NCBI RefSeq assembly: GCF_964355755.1
Contig: NC_092677.1
Span: 12,360,101-12,424,100, forward strand
Direction: 5' to 3'
Origin: Antedon mediterranea
Lineage: Eukaryota; Animalia; Echinodermata
Length of the DNA: 64,000 nt
A program made the position numbers and the translations under genes. The first letter of the stretch is position 1. Each line of letters opens with the position of its first letter. Positions 12,502 through 25,142 of the stretch are shown here, one piece after another. The notes under the pieces are model-generated. The model was given only the letters and a program-made list of their open reading frames with translations. It searched no databases and was not told the origin of the DNA.

Positions 12502-15500
12502 ATGGGTCTTGGACTTGATGAATTGGGCACCCTTGCCTTCTGGAGAGCGTCGTTGGCAGAGTTTGTTGGAACATTTTTCTTCGTATTCTTAGGGCTGTTA
12601 TCAACATCAGGGTTTTCTGGTTTTAACCCCGCTGATACCGTCAAAATCGGACTTGCTTTTGGCCTGGCGATCGCCACGATGGTTCACTGTACGGCGCATA
12701 TTAGTGGCGGGCATTTGAATCCGGCCGTAACCATTGGTTTCTTATCCGTCTGTAAAATTCATCTTGCCCGTGCTGTTCTGTACGTTGTTATGCAGTGTAT
12801 CGGAGCAATTGCCGCCGCTGGTCTCGTCTACGCATTTACACCAAGAGGCGTCAACGATGCAGTTGGTCCCACCACACCATTTGATGGTGATGTTGAAGTT
12901 GCAAGCTGGCAAGCATTTTTCATCGAAGTCTTTTTGACGGCCCAACTCGTACTGACCGTTTTTGCAACCGTCGACCCCAACCGCAAGGACCTTAATGGAT
13001 CGGGTCCACTCGCCATTGGACTGGCAGTTGCCCTTGGACATTTCGCTGCTGTAAGTATTACGTTTTATACTTTAGCCTTATGCCTTATAGGCCTAGCCTA
13101 GGCTAATAATTTTTTTTAAAATGATACTCGATAAATTCCCATATTAACCTCCTATGCCTACTAGCCTATAGGCTCAGCCTTACAGAAATTAGAATAAAAA
13201 TAAATGGGAAGATGCTGCGTACATTTTCCCCAGTAGTATTCAACACCAACTCATGTTCTGTTAAAAATATTCATATTCCTTGGCTCCTTGGCTAGGCTTA
13301 ATTACGATTTATAAAATATGACGTAGGCCTAGGCCTAAATGCCACAAAAGCAATTCCATAGAAAGGGTAAATTATCATTAACATTCAGAAATAATCAGTT
13401 GAGAAAGCATGCGATCTAATATACCTTGCAGTGTGACGCTATCTGGTTCAATTACTTATCTGGGAGTTAGCTAGCAAAAGGGACTTGAACAGAATTGTTT
13501 ACATCGATTGTACGTTGAGTGATCTTCAATTGTAGGTTTTTAGAGCATTTACATCGACAAGAAACATTGTTTTAGGGTCTGACCATAAAGCTTGGCTCCC
13601 AAACTAAAGGACGAAACGTAAGCGCAACGCAAGTAATTTGATTAATAGACCATCATTATCGCGTCGTGATTTGTCAAACTTGCGCTGACTTTACATTTCT
13701 TGGAACGAAGCTATAGGTTCAAACGAAAAACATCGCTTCATACTTTAACAATACCTGTACTTCTTTCTCTGGGGCGTTTTGTACACACCTATTATTTGTG
13801 AATGTTTGTAGCCTATACATCGATTCCTTATAAAATTTAACGTGCAAGAAGTTTGCATGGAGTTTAGTTTTCATTCCCCAGGGGCTTTCATATTATAGTC
13901 TACCGTAACAATGCTACTAATGCTTGATTCCCACTAGTAGGACAAAACGTAAAGACATACACGTAACGTAACTTGAAATCGTAGGCGTATTATATGGAAT
14001 ATTAAACTATGGAGTGTTTAAAAATAAATCGGTAGGCTAGCTTAATGAATTTTGCGAAAACATTGTTCTTGAATAGTTCAATAGTTGTAAAGTGTACTCG
14101 GAACACCAAATCCCAGCATCACCTTCCGGCGGGAGGAAATACAGTAGTGCAAATTGCTTCCTTCCTAGTAACTGGTTGTGATACCATAACAAAATATGTC
14201 ATTACAATTAGATTACAACTTGTTCAACTTTAATACAAGAAACACTGATGAATTCTCTAGCTATAGTTATAGAGCGGACTGATGTACGACGACTCGACGT
14301 CCAATACTTGTATACGGACGACGTACGTTACACCATGGATATTTCTATGCGTTTATACCAACTCATGGGAAAAAAATGTGTGGTTGATTGTACGCAAGCG
14401 CAGTTGATCACATCCGTCCTTTCTTTCAGTTGTCGCAAACATTTTAGTTGTGTTGATTGTAATGTTAGTAGGTCTAAACATTTTTGACAAATGTCACACG
14501 AATGCAGTATATCACCGCGTAATTAGAGATGACGTATGTGCTCTGTTTTCCAACTTGACCTATGAATGTAGTCCTATATCTTGTGTCTATGGATGATTAT
14601 AAAACATTAGGCCTGTGGGTTGGAGAATTATATTCGGAGATTCTCTCGTACTGTACGTTGACATATAAATGTAAAATGGAAAAAGTTTCTAGTTATTTCT
14701 TTATAGTGGGCGTTTTCTAATTTTTGTCCGTAATTCAAACTTGCGTATTCTAACACGCCATATGCCAAAATGTGTTTCTAAATATAAACCAAGAACCTGG
14801 AAAAACCGGCTAAATGGTCTTGTTCCGGTCCGTCGAATCGAACTATGTTTCGTTTTCACGATGCTCCACGCGGTTATGCGCCAATCGATATGTGCGCAGC
14901 CGCGTGAAAACGAAACATTGACGTTCGATTGGATTCGCCGGACCGGAACCCTTGCCGGAATAGGTGTGAAAGACCCTTAACTCTATATCTAGTCCATCGT
15001 GACGGCAACAAGAACTTGGCATTTTCAGATGCATATTCCCGCATCTCCAAGCGAGAGGTGTATGAAAATTAATTTATACCCGAATATAAAAAATACGACA
15101 ACCGTTAGCATTCAAATTCAAATTCAAATAAACATTTATTTCTTTCCTTCATATTTGAGTAAAAAACATTATAATTTCTGATATTTTATAAATAAATATT
15201 TTTTTTATAGAGATATAATACAGTAAATCATAATGTATAAAAAAAAAAAGATGGTTCAGTTATATACAAAATGAAAGAGGCAAAAAAACCCAAGAAAGTA
15301 CATTGCTTTTGTATTGGTATTGATATTTCATTTGTTGAATATTTCGGTTTCTTTCCCGTAGATTCCATACACAGGCGCTAGTATGAACCCTGCACGATCA
15401 TTCGGGTCAGCTGTCGTTGGAGGAGAATGGAAAGACCATTGGGTAAGTATGCCTTGTCTTTGATGACGAAACACTTGTTTACACCTTTGCGACAGGGGAG

Positions 15501-15948
15501 GGAGGGAGACGTAAAAATGTAACAGCCCATCTCAATCGTAGTTGCTATATAGAGGGCGCAATTTAGATAACGATTTTGGTACTTTGTAAAAAATGCCATA
15601 TTCCATGATTGTGTTAATGTAATGTTACAATGGTCTATTGTCTATTATAATCAAAAGTGACAACAAAATGAAATAAAAAAAGTTTTTTTATCTAAGCAAT
15701 GATATAAAGAATATAAACCTTAAACAATAATTAATTATACTTGTTAATTATGTCTTCAGGTATACTGGATCGGACCAATTCTCGGCGGCATACTATCAGC
15801 TATCGTATACAATTTCGTTCTCGATCCAACGGCATCTGTAAAGCGCGTCCGAAACTGGTGTTCACCCGATGCAGACGAAGAGAACGCGGCGAAACGCGAC
15901 CTTAAATTAAGTTCTCTAGAAAGAAACCAGAACAATGGGGAAGCTTAG
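12502..15948 (+). CDS. Aquaporin, AQP4/AQP1-like water channel, 3 coding exons, 272 aa
   Basis: Exons 12502-13050, 15362-15442 and 15760-15948 are joined by phase-0 GT-AG introns. The protein has [12 protein letters not shown] (NPA1), [12 protein letters not shown] (NPA2) and HWVYWIGP. The ar/R filter appears to be F/H/A/R, as in AQP4-type channels. Confidence 0.95.
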
Positions 15949-16747
15949 ATGCACACGCAAAGTATAACAAAACCAACTTCTTCCAATTGTATAATATAGT
16001 TTTTATGTATATTATTATTTTTATTAACACCGTTCACTCTACTGTAAATAAAATGTAAATATAACCTATATACAAATTACATTTTAAAGAATTCTAAGCC
16101 TCAACGACCACTTGCTTTCATTATTCACTTTAATTAAAATGCCAATTTATATTACTTTCTTTATAGTCTAGCTTATTTTCGTGTTCTAGAAGTTATTTGT
16201 ATATTAATATAGGCCTATCAAGTTAAGTCTGAAGAATTAGGCATGTTTTACATTCCTGAATTATGATTGGTTGCGCATTTTCTCACGTCACAAAAAGTAG
16301 ATGAAAATATTAATACGCATGCACATTAGTGAATAATTTCCATTCGCGCGAATAAATTTACTAAGTTGAATACAGACTTTACGATGCTACTAAGTATGTT
16401 TGCTTTAATTGAATAGACTATTTTTGACATGTACGCCGACCGAGTAAAACACATGACCATTATCCTCTTGTTGCAACTAAATAAAATAATAATGTGTAAA
16501 TAAAATTGATTCTCGGTCGATTATGGTACTGTAGTTTTTATTTGACACTCTTGGCGTGCGTGGTGATTCTACTTACTGTGTTTAAATATATGAGAAGTTG
16601 GCTCTGTTATTTATTACAACATTATAGTTAGAGAAATAGTCTATCATTATCGATTACTATATATATATAATGTTCTTTGCCAGATTTGTTTATATATATA
16701 TATATGAAACGATAAAGATGAGGAAATCTGTGAGAATGAGAAAAAGT

Positions 16748-16819
16748 CGCCCCAACCGAGACTCGAACTCGGACCGCCTGCTTGATATGCAGATGTCCTA
16801 ACCATTAGACCACTGGGGC
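16748..16819 (-). tRNA. tRNA-like gene (anticodon ATC) inside a repeated element, copy A
   Basis: 72-nt cloverleaf: acceptor GCCCCAG/TTGGGGC, D-stem GTCT/GGAC, anticodon stem TCTGC/GCAGG with loop ATATCAA, T-arm CCGAG-TTCGAGT-CTCGG, then a T5 terminator. Element-borne, so function is unproven. Confidence 0.55.
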
Positions 16820-17062
16820 TTTCATGGTATTGTTCGAACTCGATTGGATAGCGACTCTTTAACATTCTCGGCGTGGTACGGCGGAACAGCACTAGTTCTC
16901 AGTTGTACGCACGCGCACCAGAGATTAAATTGATACGCCCTCATCTTTCAGTATTTTTATTCACGAGGCGGGATCTCAGAAGAGATACTTTTATATTATA
17001 TATAAACAAATCAGGCACAGAACATTAATTCTAAACCGGAGTTAAAGAACAATACCATGAAA

Positions 17063-17134
17063 GCCCCAGTGGTCTAATGGTTAGGGCAACTGTATATCAA
17101 GCAGACGGTCCGAGTTCGAGTCTCGGTTGGGGCG
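17063..17134 (+). tRNA. tRNA-like gene inside a repeated element, copy B
   Basis: Same cloverleaf with A and B boxes and a T5 terminator; anticodon stem is weaker (ACTGT/GCAGA). Confidence 0.45.
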
Positions 17135-17434
17135 ACTTTTTCTCATTATCACAGATTTCCTCATCTTTATCGTTTCAAAAATTAATTAAATAATTTTCAG
17201 TGTATCACCGGGTGATTTGGAATTTATTTCTATGCCTGTTGTGTTTATATATATATAAAAGTATCTCTCGAGATCCCGCTTAGTGAATAAATATACTGAA
17301 TTATAGATGAGGGCGTATCAATTTGATCTCTGGTGCGCGTGCGTACAACTGAGGACTAGTTGTGTTCCAACCGTACCACGCCGAGAATGTTAAAGGGTCG
17401 TTATCCGATCGAGTTAAAGAACAATACCATGAAA

Positions 17435-17506
17435 GCCCCAGTGGTCTAATGGTTAGGGCAACTGCATATCAAGCAGATGGTCCGAGTTCGAGTCTCGGTT
17501 GGGGCG
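17435..17506 (+). tRNA. tRNA-like gene inside a repeated element, copy C
   Basis: A box TGGTCTAATGG, B box GAGTTCGAGTC, loop ATATCAA, TTTTT at 17509-17513. Confidence 0.5.
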
Positions 17507-17614
17507 ACTTTTTCTCATTCTCACAGATTTCCTCATCTTTATCGTTTCAAAAATTAATTAAATAATTTTCAGTGTATCACCGGGCGGTTTGGAATTTATT
17601 TCTATGCCTGTTGT

Positions 17615-17711
<97 letters not shown>

Positions 17712-17844
17712 AACAAATCAGGCAAAGAATATTAATTCTAAACCGCCCGGTGATATACTGAAATTTAATTAATTAATTTGTATATATATATTTTAATTTT
17801 ATATCTTTAGGCAATCTGGCCAAGGATTACCAATAGTAAATTAA

Positions 17845-18136
17845 TCACTGTCCTATCAGATAGGTGGTAATCCCCCCGATACATACAGGGGCTATTTTTG
17901 TGAACCAGTTCACCTGGGTATTCCCCTACTCTTCTCGAATAATGAACTGGGTTCTTTAAAGTTCACACAGGTTATAACTGTATACACTGGTCCTTCGGTT
18001 TATAGTCTAGTCCTTATCCGATCGAGAAGACTTGTTCCACCACCAGAACTAGGAGCGAGTCGGCCTCGAACCCTTGCCGATGTTGTTGGCTCTTTAGGTG
18101 GTACGGTAAACGGCTCCCCTGCCTTAACCGCTCGCT
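17845..18136 (-). mobile_element. tRNA-headed SINE with a Meta-domain-like core
   Basis: The minus strand reads GAGCGGTTAAGG...GGTTCGAGGCC, then GGATAAGGAC...TAAACCGAAGG...AAAGAACCC...GAGAAGAGTAGGGG. A deleted copy lies at ~61265-61470. The Meta-domain assignment is from memory of the consensus. Confidence 0.6.
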
Positions 18137-18455
18137 ATTATATATTATTTTTATTGATAAATGTTGGTGTATAAAGAACTTCTCTCTGGGAAAGGGTCAT
18201 GGACATCATGAACTTTTGAGAAAATTGTGTATGAAAGAACTGCAAACTTCGGACTACTTCGTTTATGAATCGATTTTAGCTCGAATTTAACTACGACTTT
18301 CAAGTCGAACTTCGAACTACGACTAAAGTCCGGTTTAAGAATACGGGCGTAAGTAATAAAGAGATGTTAAATAGGCTACACATATTCATAAAAGAAACTA
18401 CAAATTGTATGGTAGTAATAACCGCATGGTATTTATTCATGTTTTTTGTGCAATT

Positions 18456-19596
18456 TTAAGGACGTGACGACTGACAACTAGGCAAAAGTTCAGTGCGTAT
18501 CATTGCACTTAGTAGATCAAGTTCCCGTCTCATGACTTTGTGCTGCCGTTTCTGCAGACTCACCCGCTGCTTGAGGTTGTCATGCGCCACCCTCACCTCC
18601 TCCAACTCCTTCAGAATAGTCTCATTGAAACTCTCAAGATTTCCCGGATGATCCACGCCATTGCGCATGCGTTTTGATTCATGATAACGATTAGTCCATA
18701 TCTTTTTTAAGTTGTGTCTCTTTCTTAATGATGTTTTCTGTTTGGTTGCCGGAGATGACCATCCCGGTAAAGTGGTGATGTCGACTCTGCACTTGGCTGC
18801 TTGCTGTTCCTTTGAACAATTCAAATGATCAGTTTTACAATGCATTGTGTGATCCTTTGCATTTGCCACAGTCGGCGTCAGACACACCAGAAATGTACTA
18901 TTTGTTGATGGCTCATGCGTCGAGTTCTCTAAATATTAAAACGAAAACAAATGTGTTTATAATTGCTGAATTTAATGGGGTACGTGCGTTTGCGGGATTA
19001 TCAATCATGTGATGGTGATGGCGGAAATGGGTGGAGATAATGTTTACTCCAGGGGTAGGCCTAATTAAACGCGCTTGCATTATTACTGTATCAAAATGGG
19101 ATCGACCAAACGCCGCGCATCAAATTTATATTCATTCATACATAAAGCCTACTATACCATTTATTTGTTCGCATGTCTGTCGAGGAATCCCTTCAATAAC
19201 CGGTATTGGTTGACAAGATCCTTCTGTGTGTGTTGCTGCTGTCTGAGAGGGCGTCGTTTGTAAAACGTTGCTTGTCATACCACCACCACAAGCAGCGTTC
19301 CTTGGTCTATCATATACTGCATTCGAGATGACTTTAAAGTGTCCCTCTGGACGTTGGTGGAATTGGCTGGAGACGGGGCGCATTGTCATTGATTGACCCG
19401 GGCCGCCTAGGCCTATTTGATGACTAGTCCCAGGCCTAGGCCTATATCTAGAAAAACTCCGGTATGGTAGGCTGTGATAGTAGTAGTTAAGGGGTGGTGG
19501 TATATGCGCCATGTGGTGGTGCTGGTGCTGCTGATATGTCTGCTGGTGTTGGTATCGTAGATTGCCTGAATGCACGAATCTTATTTCCTCATTCAT
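18456..19596 (-). CDS. Uncharacterised 2-exon protein (~303 aa): Q/H/P-rich N-terminus, C-terminal basic region and heptad coiled coil (degenerate bZIP-like)
   Basis: ORFs 19132-19596 and 18456-18887 join in frame through a phase-1 intron (donor G|GTATAG at 19158/19157, acceptor TTTAG| at 18929/18928). GC content is higher than the flanks. No family is firmly recognised. Confidence 0.6.
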
Positions 19597-20311
19597 TTCA
19601 CTTTTTAAAACGAATAAAAATTATTATACACAACTCATGATAAGTAAATATAGGATTAGCATAACCGCCGCGGAGGCGACTTATTCATTAATTTTCTTTA
19701 GGCCTATATATATATTACTGTATGTACACATCCATTTCATAAGTTATAATAATTACTACAATACTAACATTTTCTGTAGTATCCTCTCTCCTCCGATCCT
19801 ATGGGTTTTAAAATGTTTGGTTTAAAACATGGCAATGGCATGTTGCGCATGGGCTTGTGTGCGCGCGTGTGGATAATAACTAAGAATGACTAAGAATTAC
19901 GCGCGCCCCTTGGTGTGGTGGTGGTGGATGAACGTCCACACGTGGTTATGACGTGCGCATTCTTCCAATCCTGAGAATTTCATTTTTATTTTCGGGTTAC
20001 GAAATTTACTGTATAAATAGCATTCGGGGAGTCCAATCGATAAAACTCTACCTCTCTGCCGCCGCCGACGAAAAGAAGAAAGCTAGACATGACATTTTTT
20101 CTATTCGAATGACTTTCTGTTGAGCACAAATTTACAATTCGAATACAAAAAGTACTCAACGAATCTTTACGTTGAAAACGAAAGTTTCCAATCGAATACT
20201 ACAAGAAACTGAGTAAAAAAGATTTCACCAATCACAGACAACGAATAAAGGTAGAGTTCAAATGTCAGAACGCAAATCATTATTACGAAAATTGAGAGTC
20301 GAGTGGGAAAG
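19597..20311. promoter_or_regulatory. Putative bidirectional promoter between the orphan gene and RPP40
   Basis: 715 bp between divergent ATGs, CpG-rich, with E-box CACGTG (19939-19944), TGACGT (19949-19954), GCGC motifs and CCAAT boxes. Confidence 0.5.
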
Positions 20312-23300
20312 ATGAATTTTCCTGTACCAAGTAACAAATTAATTATTGAGTCATCTTCATTTCGCGATGAAAAATCAAGACACGAGCAAATTATATCAGA
20401 TCACTATTTTAACTATTCAGTAAGTGTACTTTATTAAGACATAAAGTAGGTCAGATCACTACTTCACTTAGCTAGGCCCACAGTCACACAGTTTGTGATT
20501 AAAGCTCCACGCACGTGTGTGTGGCCTTATGTTCCGGGAACTTTCACATTGTGTACTCGCGTAGGCATAGGCCTAGCCAACAATGTAATGACTTTTAATT
20601 AAGTATTATTATGTATAACCTGGCTTGGACTGCTTTTAAAATGTTAGGTAACTGAACCATCTTGAGTAGCCAAATACTTTGCTAGGAATATTATATAATT
20701 GATTAAGTATTTTAATTTTTAATTTACATAATATTAATAATTACAGCCTACAAACGGGTAGTATTAGGCGTATATAGGGTAGGATATCATAGGCCTAGTT
20801 AGTAGTAGTAGATGCCTACTAATAGTACTATATTTATTAATAATTATATTATATAGACCTAGTAATTAATAATATTAGTATTTATTATTATATAAAGGAC
20901 CTCATTGGAAACAAGTCCGTAGAGGACTTTTATGAGTTATCCTTGGCATCCTTGTTTTATATTGGTATTTTTATATTTGCCAATTTTAATTGTATGTCTG
21001 TGATATTTTATGTACTGATGCCAAAATAAATCAAATCAAATCAAATCATAAAGCCAGTTAAATCTGCGTATATATTAATTGAAATCATATGCAGTGGCAT
21101 AATGGCTATGAATATGACATGATATATGCCTAGATAGAATAGATTATTTCATTAATTATCATTTAGTTAGAAATTGAAATAAAAAAAACAACTTCTTTCA
21201 TTTCAGGTAGATTTACTTGTTCCAAACTGCTCAAAGATACCAGAATCTGTCATTTCCAGTGTTTCTGACAGTCATCAATACTTTGTTGTACATGATGTAC
21301 CAATTTCGGAGTTAGTCAAAGCATTATTTGTAGATACATTTCACAGAAAAGGTAATAATTCAATTTTTCATTAAAACTGTTTTCATAGAAAAAAAATATT
21401 GTACATATTAATAATACAAGTATTGTAACAAGGGTTAGAGAATGGTGTTATAGAAAATTCATTCATACAAATGCAATTTCAACCACAAAAGAAACACACA
21501 ATTTTGGGTCGGTCAACATAGCAATTCTTTCAGGCCTAATGTTAATATGTTTTTTTTTCTCTAGGTTATTTCAGTGCACTTTCCTATAACACAAAGATTG
21601 ACACAGACAATGTAGCTTCTGTATTGCCAACAGGTACAGTATTTATACACTTTAAACTCCACAACTGACATTTTCAAGTGCCAACCCCAATTAAGGGGAC
21701 CCCCTCGGGATGTAAATCCCTTTTGGAGGATTTAGAGGGTTGGTACTATAATAATGCATTTTTTGTTCTTATCTGTATTTTTTTCAGTATATGGTATCGA
21801 AATAAATTAAATCAGAGATAGATAGTTTTAAAGAATCACTTTAAATGGTTTATTTTGTTTTGCATGTTTATCTGAATTTAAGTATGTCTTTTTTTCAGGT
21901 AAACTTGTGTTGTCTGTATCTAAAGATATTTATGAAGAACTTGGCATTGTTGGAAGATCTTCTGTGTTTGATGAGAGAAGGAAACCTACAAGATTCAGTA
22001 TGTAACAATGGAATTTGTTTCTTAAGCCTTTCTACACTATCAAACTTTATGTGTCAAAAAAATGTGATGTGCCCATATATGGTAGTGATGTGCCCAAATA
22101 TGGTAGTGATATGACATCATAGTGTCCATATATGGGCACATCATATTTTTTTGACACATAAAGTTTGATAGTGTAGACGAGGCTTTATACATACAGTAGA
22201 ACCTTCATTTTACATACGGTATGGGACCGAAAGGCGTACGTAAAAGGGATTCATCAAATCCAGGTTAACCTTAAATTGACCCCTAAATACATAGTTTGTA
22301 GCTAAAAAGGCTTCCGTGTTTGCCTACTTTACTGTACAGCATGCAGGAGGTTGTCACTAGCTAGGCCTTTCCTAGACTAATCTAGGGCAGGCTAGCACTA
22401 ACAGGCCAAGCAAGATGTGAGGCCTACCTAGAAAAGTACAGTATATACAGGCTGTGTGATGTTAAAATAAATTGTTATAAATAAAATTAAAATGATGACA
22501 TCATCGGTCATTTTAAGCGTACGTAAAATCCAGGGAATGTAAAATCAGGGTATATAAAACAGGTTCTACTGTACTATTCTGGTACTATGGGCCATTCTGA
22601 ATGTCTATTATCATTTGAATTTTTCATTACACTTACTCTTCCAAATATTTCTGATTTCTGAAAATCCCAAGTTAACCTTACTGTATGTGAATTTAAGAAA
22701 AAATGAAATCTGGGTTTTAAAACTATTGAGTAACAATATTGAGAAAAACTCTCTTAAAAACAAAACTTTCAACATATTTTGAAGAATTATATTATTTGAT
22801 TTCCTATATTTTTGTTTTCAAAATGAGGAATGCTAAACGAATATTTACTAGATTTATTATTTTATTTTACAATACAGTTATTGAAATTGACTTATTAAAT
22901 CCATCGTTTCAAGAAGGAAAGAAGAACTATGAGCACGTGCAGTGGTGTTTTAAAGACAGACTGGATCTCGTCTTCACTTTCATGGTTACATGGCAACCAA
23001 ACGGTAAAGTTACAGTAAAACCACTCCTTTGGGACACTCTTATTAAGGGGACACTTTTCTGTGAAACAAATCAGAGGCAATATGTTTTATCACTACGGTC
23101 AACCCTATTCAGTAGACAGCTCTATTAAGGGGACGATGTATTGGGTCCTTTACTGTATTTAAATGTAGGTCCTCTACAAGCTTCCTACTCATATCAACCA
23201 TTTACCTTTTCCATATTCCATTCCATCCATTCCATTTTTTGTGAAATAACATTTTACTAAGTACTGTAGTTTAGGCAAAAGCAAATTAATTTACCATAAG

Positions 23301-25142
23301 ACCCAATATCATAAGGATAGGAAATTAAGAATAGTATAACTTGACTATGGATACAAACACTGACATATCTAAATAGTCAGGTGCCTTCTTCCACATCAGT
23401 CAATGTCCTTACTTTTATGCACTTGTTAATTGTATGACTCAATATACGACCGTCACTTTACCACCCACCATATCATAAACAATGCGTGAAAATGGGTCTG
23501 TCATTGTCACCTAAGGGCAAGTCACTTTTTTGACATACATCTTTCAGTTTTGCATCTGAAATCAAAAATTAAAAGTGTGTAATATAGCAGATCTATAAAA
23601 TATAATTTACAAACATTTCTTTCTATTTAGATTTTAACCAGACAGACTTACTAGAGAAATACTTCAAAGATTACACAGTTCAATCACTGTCAGTCCAGCA
23701 TGAAACAACATCCCTCAAGAATCTTCAAGTGCCTGTTATATCATCAGATTCTCTTTGTATGCACCCATTGCATGCTGCCGCCACAGATAAAGACACATGG
23801 ATTTATAATGCTACTGAAATTCATGAATGGATCGGAGCCATTGCCTGTAAATGTCAATGGTAGGTGCCAGCAACCGATGAGCCCAGTCATGTAAACCAAT
23901 CTCTTCATCTCATCAAAACAATACACACAAAAAAATGTAAAGATGAAAGGGACTTCCAGGAAACCCCAAGGAAATTGTGATAGGAGGCCCACTAAAAGCT
24001 AGTTACATTATCATAATAAATAAATTTAAAAAAATTTAAAAGCATGTATAGATGAATAGACCATTATAGGATCAACGGGAGACGTGCATTGTTAAAGAAT
24101 ATCATTGCCAGGTCAGGTTCAAAACAGAAAGGTTAAAACACTCTCACTTGAACTGATAAGGGCTAGTGTTGCCCGAAAGCTCTGCTATTTTTTCTGGCTG
24201 TTTACTTCATCATTTTGATTTAGCTTTTTGCTTATTTTATTTTGTATCTCCATTGAGATCCAGCCACTAATACCCACAGCATTGTAATTTTTTCAGTAAT
24301 TTGGCAATTACACTGAGGCTGCTCATGCTCTGGGGCCCTTTAAGCTCCAGGTCCCTTGGGTTTAGCCATAGCTGTTATGCCACTCTCTAGGACTAATGTA
24401 AATTATGCATTATTTTCAAGTAATTTTCCAGCTATGTAAAATATTTTTTTATTATAATTGTTAGATAAATAAAAGTAACCTGGTTTGTTTCTAGTTCTGG
24501 TGAAGCAGATAGTTTTTTAAACACATACCACCATCCTGAGCCTAGCCGCCATGTCCCATCCACAATCTGTGCACGTTGGAAGGGGTTTATAGCATCAAAA
24601 TCAGTCAGCACGATGCTCAAGTCTCTCAGGTAAGTTACGATAACAGTTTAAAGTGGAGTTGTGGCTTGGCTACCAATCCAAGGGTTCTGGGTTCAAGTCC
24701 TGACAGTGTCAGGATTTTTTCTAATAAAAATCCATAACAACTCCCAATGACTTGTAATAAGACTTTGTTTATGTAGAGCATCTTGTGTATATGTTGGTCT
24801 TGTGAACAGGATTGCCACCTTTAAGATAGTGAATAAATTCGCTTATAGTTATCCTTGGCAATTTGCCTAAATATATATATAAATAAATAAATTTGATGTT
24901 ATTTTATTGTCTTATGTTAAAATAATAACTCTTTGTTCATCCACAGATCACTATTTGTCACAAACACAGATATTCCTTGGATAGCAATGTCTGTGCACGG
25001 TTTTATGGACTCTCCAGTGTCATGGAAAACCAGAGAACATGGCTTCCATAAGTTTGGTGATAATTTGTACACATATGTGGTATTTCCTGATGACCGGTAT
25101 ATACTATATACAGCCATTGGCACGAATGATGTTTGCCCTTGA
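20312..25142 (+). CDS. RPP40: Ribonuclease P/MRP protein subunit p40, 8 coding exons, 368 aa
   Basis: Exons 20312-20419, 21207-21351, 21565-21633, 21899-21997, 22878-23003, 23631-23859, 24495-24629 and 24947-25142; all GT-AG and phase-consistent. Motifs KSRH..HYFNY, ALSYNTKIDTDN, GKLVLSVSKDIYEELG and PWIAMSVHGFMDSPVSW..EHGF match RPP40 as I recall it. Confidence 0.93.
22025..22184. mobile_element. MITE family A copy (RPP40 intron 4)
   Basis: Both TIRs present, with TTA flanks. Confidence 0.85.
22194..22571. mobile_element. Tc1/mariner-like MITE
   Basis: TA|CAGTAGAACC...GGTTCTACTG|TA. A second copy lies at ~37460-37894. Confidence 0.8.
24153..24303 (+). mobile_element. Hammerhead-containing repeat with degenerate ribozyme, copy 1 (RPP40 intron 6)
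   Basis: CTGATAAGGGCTAGTGTTGCCCGAAAGCTCTGCTA followed by the same downstream sequence as 55471-55630. The core and the 5' strand of stem I are broken. Confidence 0.7.
24655..24890 (+). mobile_element. tRNA-headed SINE (RPP40 intron 7)
   Basis: B box GGTTCAAGTCC, a body shared with 8812-8990 (-) (GTCAGGATTTTTTCTAA...GACTTGTAATAAGACTTTG...TCTTGTGAAC) and an AT-rich tail. Confidence 0.65.

Larger units (their letters stand above)
16668..17790. mobile_element. Cluster of a ~360-bp tRNA-carrying element inserted in (TA)n, as direct and inverted copies
   Basis: Copy A (-) ~16706-16991, 5'-truncated copy B (+) ~17039-17246 and full copy C (+) ~17257-17617, plus right-end fragments at ~16670-16690, ~17003-17038 (inverted) and ~17711-17780 (inverted). 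Units are separated by (TA)n. Confidence 0.8.

Noticed and set aside
17345-17435. CTGAGGA...GAAA in the tRNA-carrying element as a hammerhead
   Set aside because: No stem II or stem I pairing can be formed, and copy A has CTGAGAA.
16647-17565. Two near-identical ORFs (EQYHESPSGLMVR...)
   Set aside because: They are incidental frames through the tRNA-carrying element, with non-ATG starts and different ends.
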